Shown one piece after another: positions 18,801 through 27,094 of a DNA stretch of 32,000 nt. Each line of letters opens with the position of its first letter. Position 1 is the stretch's first letter. Both the position numbers and the translations under genes were made by a program. A model generated the notes under the pieces. The model was given only the letters and a program-made list of their open reading frames with translations. It ran no database searches and was not told the origin of the DNA. The stretch comes from Candidatus Johnevansia muelleri (GTDB lineage Bacteria > Pseudomonadota > Gammaproteobacteria > Johnevansiales > Johnevansiaceae): the NCBI GenBank assembly GCA_000953435.1, contig LM655252.1, positions 270,001 to 302,000 on the forward strand, read 5' to 3'.

Positions 18801-19589
18801 TAATTCTTCTAATGTTTTAATACATGTTAATTCTTTAAGAGAATATATAGCTATAGGTAATATATTAATACAATGAAAATTAAAGACATCAATTAATTGA
18901 TTAAAAACATATGTATTTTCTGATTGTATATGACTACGATATAATAATAAGATTGCTATAGGCCATGTATATTGCCAAATAAATTGCCATTCTTTTAATG
19001 TAGTTTTACCTAGTTTTGTATGATAAATTAATGCCCTAGGTAAAATATATGGTTTATAAAAAGCTATTTGTTTATTATATTTTTTAAAACATAGTGCATA
19101 TATATATTTAAAAAAATATATAATATTTTTTTTACCCCCTTCCCGTAAATATCGCCATATTCTATATGACTGTAAATAAGAAACAGTATTTTTTTTAAAT
19201 AAGGAACTATCTTCATAATATTCTCCTGGTACTATAATTAATATACGATATTTAAATTTTTTAACCCATTGTTTTAATTTAATAAACCCATATTGCCAAT
19301 AATTTATTCCCCCTAATAAAGATAATATAATTAATACTGTTCCTTTAGGTGCATCTAATGTACATTTTTCAATAACTCTTGATTTATATAAATCAAATGA
19401 AGCTGGTTTAATAAGATTAATCCAATTAACTAATCTAATTGAAGGATATTTAATTGGTAATTTTTCAGCTATATTGGATAATAAACTAATAGAACTATCA
19501 GCTGCAGAAAAAATTATTAATTCACCAGGTGTTTGATTTAAATTAATTATTTCTTCATTTTTGCATTTTTTTGAAGCTAAAACGCGCAT
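15813..19589 (-). CDS. cobN: cobaltochelatase large subunit CobN
   Basis: 1258 aa, the size and sequence of the CobN/ChlH family (for example HIGKHGNLEWLPGK). Embedded in the cob operon. Confidence 0.93.
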   Translation of the reverse strand: MRVLASKKCKNEEIINLNQTPGELIIFSAADSSISLLSNIAEKLPIKYPSIRLVNWINLIKPASFDLYKSRVIEKCTLDAPKGTVLIILSLLGGINYWQYGFIKLKQWVKKFKYRILIIVPGEYYEDSSLFKKNTVSYLQSYRIWRYLREGGKKNIIYFFKYIYALCFKKYNKQIAFYKPYILPRALIYHTKLGKTTLKEWQFIWQYTWPIAILLLYRSHIQSENTYVFNQLIDVFNFHCINILPIAIYSLKELTCIKTLEELIKITNSYLILNTTGFALLNNYKTISSISNFNKNIPILQLILASNRREYWKKKKQGISIRDIAMHIVLPELDGRIITRVIAFKANYINNIRTQSSIIHFVLHEERAHIVANIANNLISLNKLNNNEKRIAIILSNYPNSNAKIGNGVGLDTPASILNILQSFKNDGYIINNIPKNSNELVNLIKQFQNIKIKNYLNYFATLTPQNRKEVIILWGEPNKDPFYKNINGKYLLIPGIKLNNIFIGIQPARGFNINIEANYHDPELIPPHNYIAFYFWLRNIFKINAIIHIGKHGNLEWLPGKSNALSITCWPDIILGTIPNFYPFIVNDPGEGAQAKRRTQAVIIDHLMPPLSKANIYGQIYEIELIIDEYYQAINIDLFREIYLKNLIIKKTRENNLLEEINLYKKNNYNLIMNNIDAYLCEIKETQIRNGLHILGTIPNKNLLKETLILLLRLPRGINKEDIGIFHALAKDFNLPNDFDPIGITIYHWKGPKPYILKNISSRPWFTNAHTKERLEIFANKLLENILYYTKHKNTILYKKYFYTSIVIEYVQKTLLPLLYNSANNEIRALLNGLRGKFVPPGASGSPTRGKLEVLPTGRNFYTIDSFAIPSKPAWILGKKSAELLISRYLKIYGDYPSSIGISIWGTTTIRTGGDDIAQALALIGVEPKWVYQRVIDFEIIPIKILGRPRIDVTLRVSGFFRDAFLNIINLFDAAIKKIFNYIEIGYNNTIKSIIEKRRIKLITQGLSKNKAFRKASYRVFSSKPGTYGAGIKGLINGRNWKKKKDLACAYIKWGGYAYGKTEINDGIEEFDEFEERLSNMDIIIQNQDNREHDILDSGDYAYFHGGMANAVKIFRGKLPQIYLGDHSNPNKIKIINLKDELNRIIRNRLINPNWIKAMHRHGYKGAFEMLSSIDYLFTFDATTNFIKDYQYLEITKTLIFSSYNQNFLKKNNYKALIEMSERLLEANKRGFWKADDNIISKIETLLLNLEYVKEKI

Positions 19590-19628
19590 AAAAATATATT
19601 TAATATTTTATTATAAATATATAATTAA

Positions 19629-20027
19629 TTATATAATAAGATTTATAATAGTAATATTAGCAAAATTTGTTTTTATATTAAATAATAATGTAGAAAATGT
19701 ATTAATTAAATTAATATTAGTATAAACTGCAGAATTTTCTGAAACATTATAAATATTAAATTTTTCATAAATACGGTTAGAATATTGATAATTTTTATAA
19801 TTTAATATATAATAAAAATTATATGGACAATATTCTATGAAACAATTTAAATATTTACTAATTTTTTTTATTGTAGATTCATAATATTTATAATTAATAG
19901 TAGTAATAAATATAATTTCATTACTATTAATTGATATTAATATTAATAATTGCATTATTAATTCTAATAATTCTTGTAAAATACAATTTTTTCTAACCCC
20001 TATACCAATTATTAAATAATTTTGCAT
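19629..20027 (-). CDS. CobE / CbiG C-terminal-domain-like cobalamin biosynthesis protein (diverged)
   Basis: From the internal Met (MQNYLIIGIGVRKNC...) the 132-aa product aligns by eye with CobE landmarks: (L)xxGIGxR+xC, and a later V(S/A)E.(S/A)A segment NVSENSAV. The location between cobB and cobN fits. I trimmed the track ORF start (20084) because it would overlap cobB. Confidence 0.55.
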   Translation of the reverse strand: MQNYLIIGIGVRKNCILQELLELIMQLLILISINSNEIIFITTINYKYYESTIKKISKYLNCFIEYCPYNFYYILNYKNYQYSNRIYEKFNIYNVSENSAVYTNINLINTFSTLLFNIKTNFANITIINLII

Positions 20028-20056
20028 AAATAATTTTATAATATTGATAATTTTTA

Positions 20057-21358
20057 TTAATCTGGATAAAATATAGATGCACATACAATAGGATTAGAAG
20101 GAAAAAACATATGTAAATAACTAGCAGTAAGTCTACCTATTCTATAAATAGCTTCTCCAATAAAAGTATAATATGATGAACGTATACCATATCCTATTGG
20201 TTTAATTGTTGCAAATGAATATGAATTATGATGTGAATGACCCCTAATTATTCCTTCAGGTAAAATTAAACTTTGCATACCTTGACACCCCAAAAAATTA
20301 GTTAGTTCACTGTGACCAGGTAAAATTCCTGCCATTATATAAAATTTATTATTTAAATCACTGATACTTTCTAAAATATATAACATTCCACCACATTCTG
20401 CTAAAATAGGTTTATTTTTTAAAAAAAAATTTTTTATTGATTCATGCATACTTTTATTAATAGAAAGTTTATGTGCATGAATTTCAGGATAACCTCCAGG
20501 TAACCATAAAGCATCAATATTAGGAATATATTTATCTATTAATGGTGAAAAAAAAACTTTAGCTCCCATATATTCCAGTAATTTAATATTTGCATTATAA
20601 ATAAAACTAAATGCTAAATCTTTAGCTATTCCAATTTTTATTCCTTTTAGTAAAATAGGTATTGATATTTTTTTTTTATTTTTAAAGTTTACGATTGGTA
20701 TTGAATTTATTATTTTACTTTTTATTATAAATTTACTGATATTTTTTATATTTTTATTAAAATTATTTTGTTCATTAGGAGGGATTAATCCTAAATGTCT
20801 ATTTTTAAAAATTATTTTATTATATTTAGGAAACATTCCCAACAATGATATATTAACAGGTAATATTGATTTAATTAATTTATAATGATAATAACTTCCT
20901 AAATTATTAATAAAAATGCCATAAAGTAATAAATTATTTTTATATTTTTTAATACCAATTATAATTGAAGCAATGCTTTGAGCCATCCCTCGTACATTAA
21001 TTATTAAAACAATAGGAATATTAAAATTAATTGCTAAATCAGCACTAGATGGTGTTCCATCAAAAATTCCCATAGCTCCTTCAATCAATATAATATCTGT
21101 TTTTTGTGAAGCTTTATAAAGTATATTATAACAATATTCTTCACCATTCATCCATAAATCAAGTTGTTCAACTAAATTATCACTAACTTTTTCTAAAATC
21201 ATTGGATCTAAATAATCAGGACCAGTTTTAAATACACTGACACTGTGTTTTTTTTTTATATAATAATAAGCTAAAGCAGAAGTTAATATAGTTTTACCTT
21301 GATTTGATGCTAAAGAAGTAATAAATAAAGCAGGACAACTAATTTGTTTATAATACAT
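20057..21358 (-). CDS. cobB: hydrogenobyrinate/cobyrinate a,c-diamide synthase (CobB/CbiA)
   Basis: 433 aa. N-terminal ATP-binding FITSLASNQGKT and a C-terminal GATase with AECGGMLYL. The start overlaps the cobO stop (TAATG). Confidence 0.88.
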   Translation of the reverse strand: MYYKQISCPALFITSLASNQGKTILTSALAYYYIKKKHSVSVFKTGPDYLDPMILEKVSDNLVEQLDLWMNGEEYCYNILYKASQKTDIILIEGAMGIFDGTPSSADLAINFNIPIVLIINVRGMAQSIASIIIGIKKYKNNLLLYGIFINNLGSYYHYKLIKSILPVNISLLGMFPKYNKIIFKNRHLGLIPPNEQNNFNKNIKNISKFIIKSKIINSIPIVNFKNKKKISIPILLKGIKIGIAKDLAFSFIYNANIKLLEYMGAKVFFSPLIDKYIPNIDALWLPGGYPEIHAHKLSINKSMHESIKNFFLKNKPILAECGGMLYILESISDLNNKFYIMAGILPGHSELTNFLGCQGMQSLILPEGIIRGHSHHNSYSFATIKPIGYGIRSSYYTFIGEAIYRIGRLTASYLHMFFPSNPIVCASIFYPD

Positions 21359-22008
21359 TAATATTCTATACCATCCTGAGATTTTATGTACAATCCCAAA
21401 GCATGTTTATTATTATTAATTGTACTAATGGTATCAGCGATATATTGCAATTCAACTGGTATCATACGTCCAGTTACAATAACATTTTGTAGATACGATC
21501 TTGTTAAAATTTTATAAGCAACACGTTTTATATCAATATAACAATTATTTATAGGATATGAAATTTCATCAAAAATTAATAATTTATAATATGTATTTGA
21601 TAATTTAGATTCAGCAAGTTTCCATGCTGTTTGTGATGCTTTAAGATCTTGTATTTTATTATTGGTTTCCCAAGTAAAACCATATCCCATAATATATATA
21701 TCTATAAAAGGATGATTTTTAAAAAATAAATATTCTCCTGTAATTTTATATCCTTTTACAAATTGTATTACTGCTATTTTATAATTATGTCCTAATGTTC
21801 TAACAACAGTTCCTAATGCAGAACTACTTTTACCTTTACCATAACCTTTTATTAATATAAAAACTCCATTATTTTTTTTTGCTTTACTAATTCTTAAATT
21901 AATATATTTTTTTTTAATAATATTATTATTATTTATATAAATTTTATCAAAATTAATTTTATTAATATATTTTTGAATTATTATAATTTGTAATAATATA
22001 TTAGTCAT
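21358..22008 (-). CDS. cobO: corrinoid (cob(I)yrinic acid a,c-diamide) adenosyltransferase CobO/BtuR
   Basis: IKGYGKGKSSSALG P-loop, GFTWET, FDEISY, and C-terminal KHA...G.....GIEY, collinear with BtuR. I chose the start at ATG 22008 (ATGACTAA overlap with the upstream stop). The longer track ORF start at 22053 lies inside the upstream gene. Confidence 0.88.
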   Translation of the reverse strand: MTNILLQIIIIQKYINKINFDKIYINNNNIIKKKYINLRISKAKKNNGVFILIKGYGKGKSSSALGTVVRTLGHNYKIAVIQFVKGYKITGEYLFFKNHPFIDIYIMGYGFTWETNNKIQDLKASQTAWKLAESKLSNTYYKLLIFDEISYPINNCYIDIKRVAYKILTRSYLQNVIVTGRMIPVELQYIADTISTINNNKHALGLYIKSQDGIEY

Positions 22009-23728
22009 TAATAACTGTTTTAAAAAAATTTGATATTTTTTGATAATATCCATTTAATGATATAGCTAATTTTTTTGCTCTTCTTATTTTAATAAGATTT
22101 TGGTCAGTATCAATTATTGTAATAGGTGTAGGCCATTGCATATATTTAATTAAATAATTAGTACGAGCATCTGTAAATATCCATGTTTGAATATTTAAAT
22201 TATTTTTTTTACTATATTCTTTTTTAATAAAATACAATGCTTTTTCAAGAGCTTGTTGCAGTGGGGTAGTCCCACTAGCAGTTATTTTATTAATTTTATT
22301 AATACAAATACGTGAAGCACGACCAAACCTAAATAACCATTTTATTTTTAAACCTGAAAAAATTAAAATTGCTAATTTTCTTTTCATTAAATATGCATGT
22401 TCTATTAGATATGATACTATTTTTTTAGTTTTATTTAATGTATAAAAAATAGAAGCAGAAATATCAATAATAATACAATCTAAATTATATTTATTTTTTT
22501 TATAATTTTTATATTTAATATTTATTAAATTTTCCAAATTTTGTGGATTTATTAATGTTAAATACCAATTAATATTTAAATTAATTTTTTTTAAATAATT
22601 ATATCCATTTTTTGAAAAATATGCATTAAAATAATTTTTTTTTTTAAATTTTTTTTTTGAATATTGTATACATTTTTTTAAATTAATAAAAACTATTTTT
22701 TTATTAAATGATTCAACTTGTTTATAAAATTCTTCTTGTATATTTTTAATTTTTAATTTTTCACCGTTCTTATTACTTTTAATTATATTAGTAAAAGTGT
22801 GCGGTAATTTTATCTTATTTTCGTAATTATTTACTTGTTCAATATATCTATGATTTAATATTAAGTTTTTGACATAATCAATATCTAATTGATTAACAAT
22901 TAATCTTCCTTCTAAAGCAGAATTAGCAATAGCAGCATGTTGCCATGCTATATCAGCTCTTAATCCTTCTACTCCTGATTTTATACATTGTTCAGCTATT
23001 TGATATTCAAATTTATATTTTAAAATTATTTGATGTAATTTTATAATAGCATTTCTTATACGATTACTTAAATTTTTTTGGTTTTTTTCTACTGAAGAAA
23101 TTAATTTTTGTGGATTTTTTTCAAAGGCTATTCTTGAACGTACTATATTAATTCTTTCTTTTATAGATAAACATTCATTAAAATATACACATAATCCAAA
23201 ACGATCACGTAATTGTGGTCTTATTTCACCTTCATCTGGATTCATTGTACCTATTAATATAAATTCAGCAGGATGCGTATGACTTATTCCATCTCTTTCT
23301 ATAATATTTAAACCAGAACTTGCAACATCCAGTAATATATCTACCATATTATCAGGAAGAAGATTAACTTCATCAATATATAATATCCCCTTATGAGCAC
23401 GATATAATAATCCAGGTTGAAATATTATTTTTTTATTTGATAATGCCTGTTCAAGATTAATTGACCCAATAAGTTGTTCTTCACTTGCACCTAATGGAAG
23501 GTTAATAAAAGTTGAATTTTTATTAGGAAGTAAATCAGCTAATCCTCTTACTAAAGTAGATTTAGCTACACCTCTTGGACCACTAATTAATATTCCTCCT
23601 AATTGAGGATCAATAAGAGTAAATAATAAAGCACGCTTAATTAATGTTTGTCCATTTACTGCAGAAAATGGAAATATTTTATTTAAATTTCCTTGAGGTT
23701 GCATATTAATATAAAACAGATATAACAT
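22001..23728 (-). CDS. chelatase AAA+ ATPase fused to a vWA/MIDAS domain (ChlI/ChlD-like partner of CobN)
   Basis: The N-terminal half is ChlI-like: FPFSAVNGQ, Walker A GPRGVAKST, Walker B LYIDEVNLL, and RPQLRDRFGL. The C-terminal half has a vWA domain with the MIDAS motif D-I-S-A-S, SGTTPL and FTDART. An alternative start at 23704 (MQPQ...) is possible. Confidence 0.85.
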   Translation of the reverse strand: MLYLFYINMQPQGNLNKIFPFSAVNGQTLIKRALLFTLIDPQLGGILISGPRGVAKSTLVRGLADLLPNKNSTFINLPLGASEEQLIGSINLEQALSNKKIIFQPGLLYRAHKGILYIDEVNLLPDNMVDILLDVASSGLNIIERDGISHTHPAEFILIGTMNPDEGEIRPQLRDRFGLCVYFNECLSIKERINIVRSRIAFEKNPQKLISSVEKNQKNLSNRIRNAIIKLHQIILKYKFEYQIAEQCIKSGVEGLRADIAWQHAAIANSALEGRLIVNQLDIDYVKNLILNHRYIEQVNNYENKIKLPHTFTNIIKSNKNGEKLKIKNIQEEFYKQVESFNKKIVFINLKKCIQYSKKKFKKKNYFNAYFSKNGYNYLKKINLNINWYLTLINPQNLENLINIKYKNYKKNKYNLDCIIIDISASIFYTLNKTKKIVSYLIEHAYLMKRKLAILIFSGLKIKWLFRFGRASRICINKINKITASGTTPLQQALEKALYFIKKEYSKKNNLNIQTWIFTDARTNYLIKYMQWPTPITIIDTDQNLIKIRRAKKLAISLNGYYQKISNFFKTVIND

Positions 23729-23796
23729 TCATTATATTTTACTATTTATATTAAAAAATAATTAATATATTGTTATTTATTAATAATATGTAAAAA

Positions 23797-24561
23797 ATGT
23801 TTTTTTTAAAACAATTACGATTAATAATTTTAGCAATTAGTTTTATTACATGTTTAGATATGTCTTATTTTATATTTAATGTTAGTGAAATTAAAAATTG
23901 TAGAAAATATTTTGGTTTAATAGGATTATTAATTGGTATATTTTCAAGTATTATTTATATAATTATATATTTTTTTCCTTGTTATATAGCAATTTTTTTT
24001 AGTTTAATAAGTACAATAATTCTAACTGGAGCTTTACATGAAGATGGTTTAGCAGATAGTATAGATGCTATTATGGGAGGATGGGGAGTAAAAAATAAAC
24101 TTAATATTATGAAAGATAGTAGAATTGGAACATATGGAACATTAGCTTTAATAATTAGTTTATTATTTAAAATAATATTAATTTTTTATTTATCTTTAAA
24201 TAATAGATTGTTATCATTAATTTATATTTTTATTATAGCTAATAGCTTAAGTAGAATTATACCTACTTTATTTATGGATATATTACCTTATATATTTTTT
24301 AAAAACAGTAAAATTTATTATTTAAGTATGCCTTTATCATTGAGTGATAAAATTATAATTTTAATTCCAAATATATTTTTGTATATTTTTTTTATAGGAA
24401 TAATTAAAACAATAAGTTTATTATTTATTTTATTTATAATTTTTATATATTTTATTAAATTTATTAAATATAATTTAGGTGGTTATACCGGAGATATCTT
24501 AGGAACTATACAACAAATAAGTGAAATATTTATATATATTATTTTTAATATATATGCTTGA
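23797..24561 (+). CDS. cobS: adenosylcobinamide-GDP ribazoletransferase (cobalamin synthase; CobS in Salmonella naming, CobV in Pseudomonas naming)
   Basis: 254 aa polytopic membrane protein with [15 protein letters not shown] and GGYTGD motifs. Confidence 0.88.
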   Translation: MFFLKQLRLIILAISFITCLDMSYFIFNVSEIKNCRKYFGLIGLLIGIFSSIIYIIIYFFPCYIAIFFSLISTIILTGALHEDGLADSIDAIMGGWGVKNKLNIMKDSRIGTYGTLALIISLLFKIILIFYLSLNNRLLSLIYIFIIANSLSRIIPTLFMDILPYIFFKNSKIYYLSMPLSLSDKIIILIPNIFLYIFFIGIIKTISLLFILFIIFIYFIKFIKYNLGGYTGDILGTIQQISEIFIYIIFNIYA

Positions 24562-25069
24562 ATTTATTATTGGTGGTATTAGATCAGGAAAAAGTCGTTA
24601 TGCTGAATGGTTAGCTCAAGAAAGTAATTTTGAAGTTTATTATATAGCAACATGTAAATCTATAGACAATGACTTAAAATATAGAATAAAAAACCATCGG
24701 AAAAGAAGACCATTATTTTGGAATTTAATTGAAGAACCTATAGATATAGAAAAAATAATAATTAAATTTGATAATAAAAAAAAAATATTTATAATTGATT
24801 GTTTAACTCTTTGGATAAATAATAATTTATTTTATAATCCTAATACAATTAAATTTAAATGCATAGAAATAATTAAATTATTAAAATATATTAAAGGAAG
24901 AATATTAATAATATCTACTGAAATAGGTGAAGGAATTATACCAATAAATAAATTATCAAGAAAATATATAGATATAATAGGTGAATTTCATCAACAAATT
25001 ACATTTCTTGTTGATAGAGTATGGTCTTTATGTTCAGGTATACCTAAATTAATTAAATATAATTTATAA
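24554..25069 (+). CDS. cobU: bifunctional adenosylcobinamide kinase / adenosylcobinamide-phosphate guanylyltransferase (CobU/CobP)
   Basis: [19 protein letters not shown]-loop at the N-terminus and an IKNHRKRRP segment. I moved the start to ATG 24554, giving an ATGCTTGA overlap with the cobS stop. The track ORF start at 24521 adds 11 non-conserved residues. Confidence 0.88.
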   Translation: MLEFIIGGIRSGKSRYAEWLAQESNFEVYYIATCKSIDNDLKYRIKNHRKRRPLFWNLIEEPIDIEKIIIKFDNKKKIFIIDCLTLWINNNLFYNPNTIKFKCIEIIKLLKYIKGRILIISTEIGEGIIPINKLSRKYIDIIGEFHQQITFLVDRVWSLCSGIPKLIKYNL

Positions 25070-25080
25070 TTAATACTAAT

Positions 25081-25992
25081 ATGATTTATTTATTTATTTT
25101 TGCATTTATTTTAGATCAATTATTAGGTGAATTAAATTATAAATATAATCCAATAATATTATTAGGAAAATATATTAATAAAATTGAATTTTTTTTTAAT
25201 GGTAATTATTTAAAAATAAAAGGTATATTATCTATATTTTTTGTTATTTTACCTTTTTTATTAATAATAATATATATATATATAATCTTTAAATATAATT
25301 TTTTTTATTTTAATATTTTTGGATTTATACTTTATTTATCTATAGCATGGCGTAGTCTTATAGAACATGGATTAAATATTGAAATGTCTATTATTGAAGG
25401 AAATATAAATATGTCCAAAGCAGCTCTTTCTATGATTGTAAGTAGAACTGTAAATAATTTAAATATTAATCAAATTTATATTGCTACAATTGAGTCTATT
25501 TTTGAAAATGGTAATGATGCTATTTTTGCACCATTATTTTTTTTATTTACAGGACCTTTAGGAGTTATATTTTATCGTATAATTAATACACTTGATGCTA
25601 TGTGGGGTTATAAAAATAACCGTTATATTTATTTTGGTTGGTCTGTAGCTAAATTAGATGATTTATTAAATTTTATACCTGCAATATTAACTGGAGTAAT
25701 TTACGCATGTTGTAGTTTTAAGTATAAATATTTTAAACAATCTTTTTTATGTTCTTTTAAAAAATTTTTAAAATGGAAAAGTAAAAATGCAGGTTATGTT
25801 ATGTCTGCTGGTGCTGGATCAATAAATATTATTTTAGGTGGGATTAGCATTTATAATAATAAATATCAATATAGACCTCAATTAGGTATTAATAAAATAC
25901 CTAATATTAACGATATTACTAAAACTTGTAGTTTAATAAATTATTCAATGTTTTTTATTATATTAAGTTTTTATTTTTTAAATAATATTTAA
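25081..25992 (+). CDS. cbiB: adenosylcobinamide-phosphate synthase (CbiB; CobD in Pseudomonas naming)
   Basis: 303 aa membrane protein. ESIFENGNDAIFAPLFF, INTLDAMWGYKN and AKLDDLLNFIPA. Confidence 0.88.
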   Translation: MIYLFIFAFILDQLLGELNYKYNPIILLGKYINKIEFFFNGNYLKIKGILSIFFVILPFLLIIIYIYIIFKYNFFYFNIFGFILYLSIAWRSLIEHGLNIEMSIIEGNINMSKAALSMIVSRTVNNLNINQIYIATIESIFENGNDAIFAPLFFLFTGPLGVIFYRIINTLDAMWGYKNNRYIYFGWSVAKLDDLLNFIPAILTGVIYACCSFKYKYFKQSFLCSFKKFLKWKSKNAGYVMSAGAGSINIILGGISIYNNKYQYRPQLGINKIPNINDITKTCSLINYSMFFIILSFYFLNNI

Positions 25993-26040
25993 AATATGAA
26001 AATTATATTTTATATTTTTTTTATTTAGAATAAAATATAA

Positions 26041-27085
26041 ATGTTAGAAATTAAATTAATTAATGAAAAAATATTAAATTTAAATAAAAAATTTCAAATT
26101 ATTATGAGGTATCTTTGGTTATTATATAAATAAATATATAATATTAAAAAAAAATAATAATACTAAAACTTTTTTAAATGAAAAAACAATTGAAAATATT
26201 GATTTTATTTATTTTAAAATACAAAAAAATATTAAATATATTAAATTATCAATATATAAAAAATATAAGTTAATATTGGAAAAAATTAAATATGAAATAG
26301 ATATAATTGAAAAAAAAATATATAATTTAGAATTTAATAAACTGTTTAAAACAAAAATAGATTATAATAATGCTTATATAGATATTAAAGCTGGTTCAGG
26401 AGGGAATGAAGCTCAAGATTGGGCATCAATATTATTACGTATGTATTTAAAATGGGCTGAAAATCATAATTTTCAAACAGAATTAATAGAATTTAGTTTA
26501 GGTGATATGGCAGGGATAAAATCTGCTACAATTCATGTAAAAGGTGATTATGTATTTGGTTGGTTAAGAACTGAAAGTGGAATACATAGATTAGTACGTA
26601 AAAGCCCATTTGATTATAGTGGCCGCAGACATACTTCATTTGCATCAATTTTTGTATCTCCAGAATTAGATGAAAGTATTAAAATAGATATAAATCCAGG
26701 TGATTTAAGAATTGATACATATAGATCTAGTGGATCTGGAGGCCAACATGTTAATACTACCGATTCAGCAGTACGTATTACTCATGAATTAACTGGTATT
26801 GTTGTTTGTTGTCAAAGTGAACGGTCTCAACATGCAAATAAAGAACATGCTATGAAAATATTAAAATCTAAATTATATGAACGTGAAATCAAAAAAAAAA
26901 TTGAAAATAAAAAAATAACTAATTTAAAATTAGATATAGGTTGGGGTAGCCAAATTAGATCTTATATATTAGATAATCAAATAATTAAAGATTTACGTAC
27001 TGGAGTCCAAAATAGTAATTGTAATAAAGTATTAAGTGGTGATATAGATTTTTTTATTAAAGAAAGTATTAAATATGGATTTTAA
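26041..27085 (+). CDS. prfB: peptide chain release factor 2; requires a +1 frameshift after codon 25 (join 26041..26115, 26117..27085)
   Basis: The 25 codons in the frame starting at 26041 ([25 protein letters not shown]) are collinear with the E. coli RF2 N-terminus ([25 protein letters not shown]). The frame starting at 26117 is open from 26108 through the track ORF. That ORF carries the RF2-specific SPF motif (VRKSPFD) and the GGQ motif ([19 protein letters not shown]). The track ORF alone (269 aa from TTG 26276) would lack most of domain 1. Confidence 0.85.
26107..26119 (+). promoter_or_regulatory. prfB recoding site: SD-like (G)AGG + TAT spacer + slippery CTT_T, followed by TGG instead of the canonical TGA
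   Basis: The sequence is agg tat ctt tgg t, against E. coli aggggg tat ctt tga c. The position (codons 23-26) is identical to the canonical site. Confidence 0.6.
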
Positions 27086-27094
27086 AAATATAAT

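Noticed and set aside
20028-20084. N-terminal extensions of track ORFs (cobE-like to 20084, cobO to 22053, cobU from 24521, mnmA to 5336)
   Set aside because: The extensions overlap the upstream gene and add non-conserved residues ahead of conserved N-terminal motifs. Internal ATGs give classic 1-, 4- or 8-nt stop/start overlaps or 2-nt gaps.
23729-23796. Cobalamin riboswitch or B12-box in the divergent spacer of the cob cluster (also checked upstream of the other cob genes)
   Set aside because: The spacer is only 68 bp of nearly pure A/T. No GC-rich B12-box-like core is visible, and a riboswitch needs about 200 nt.
25996-26028. 10-codon ORF (MKIIFYIFFI) just upstream of prfB as a possible leader peptide
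   Set aside because: It has no Shine-Dalgarno and no conservation signal, and it is typical random A/T ORF noise. The prfB regulation signal is the internal frameshift site.
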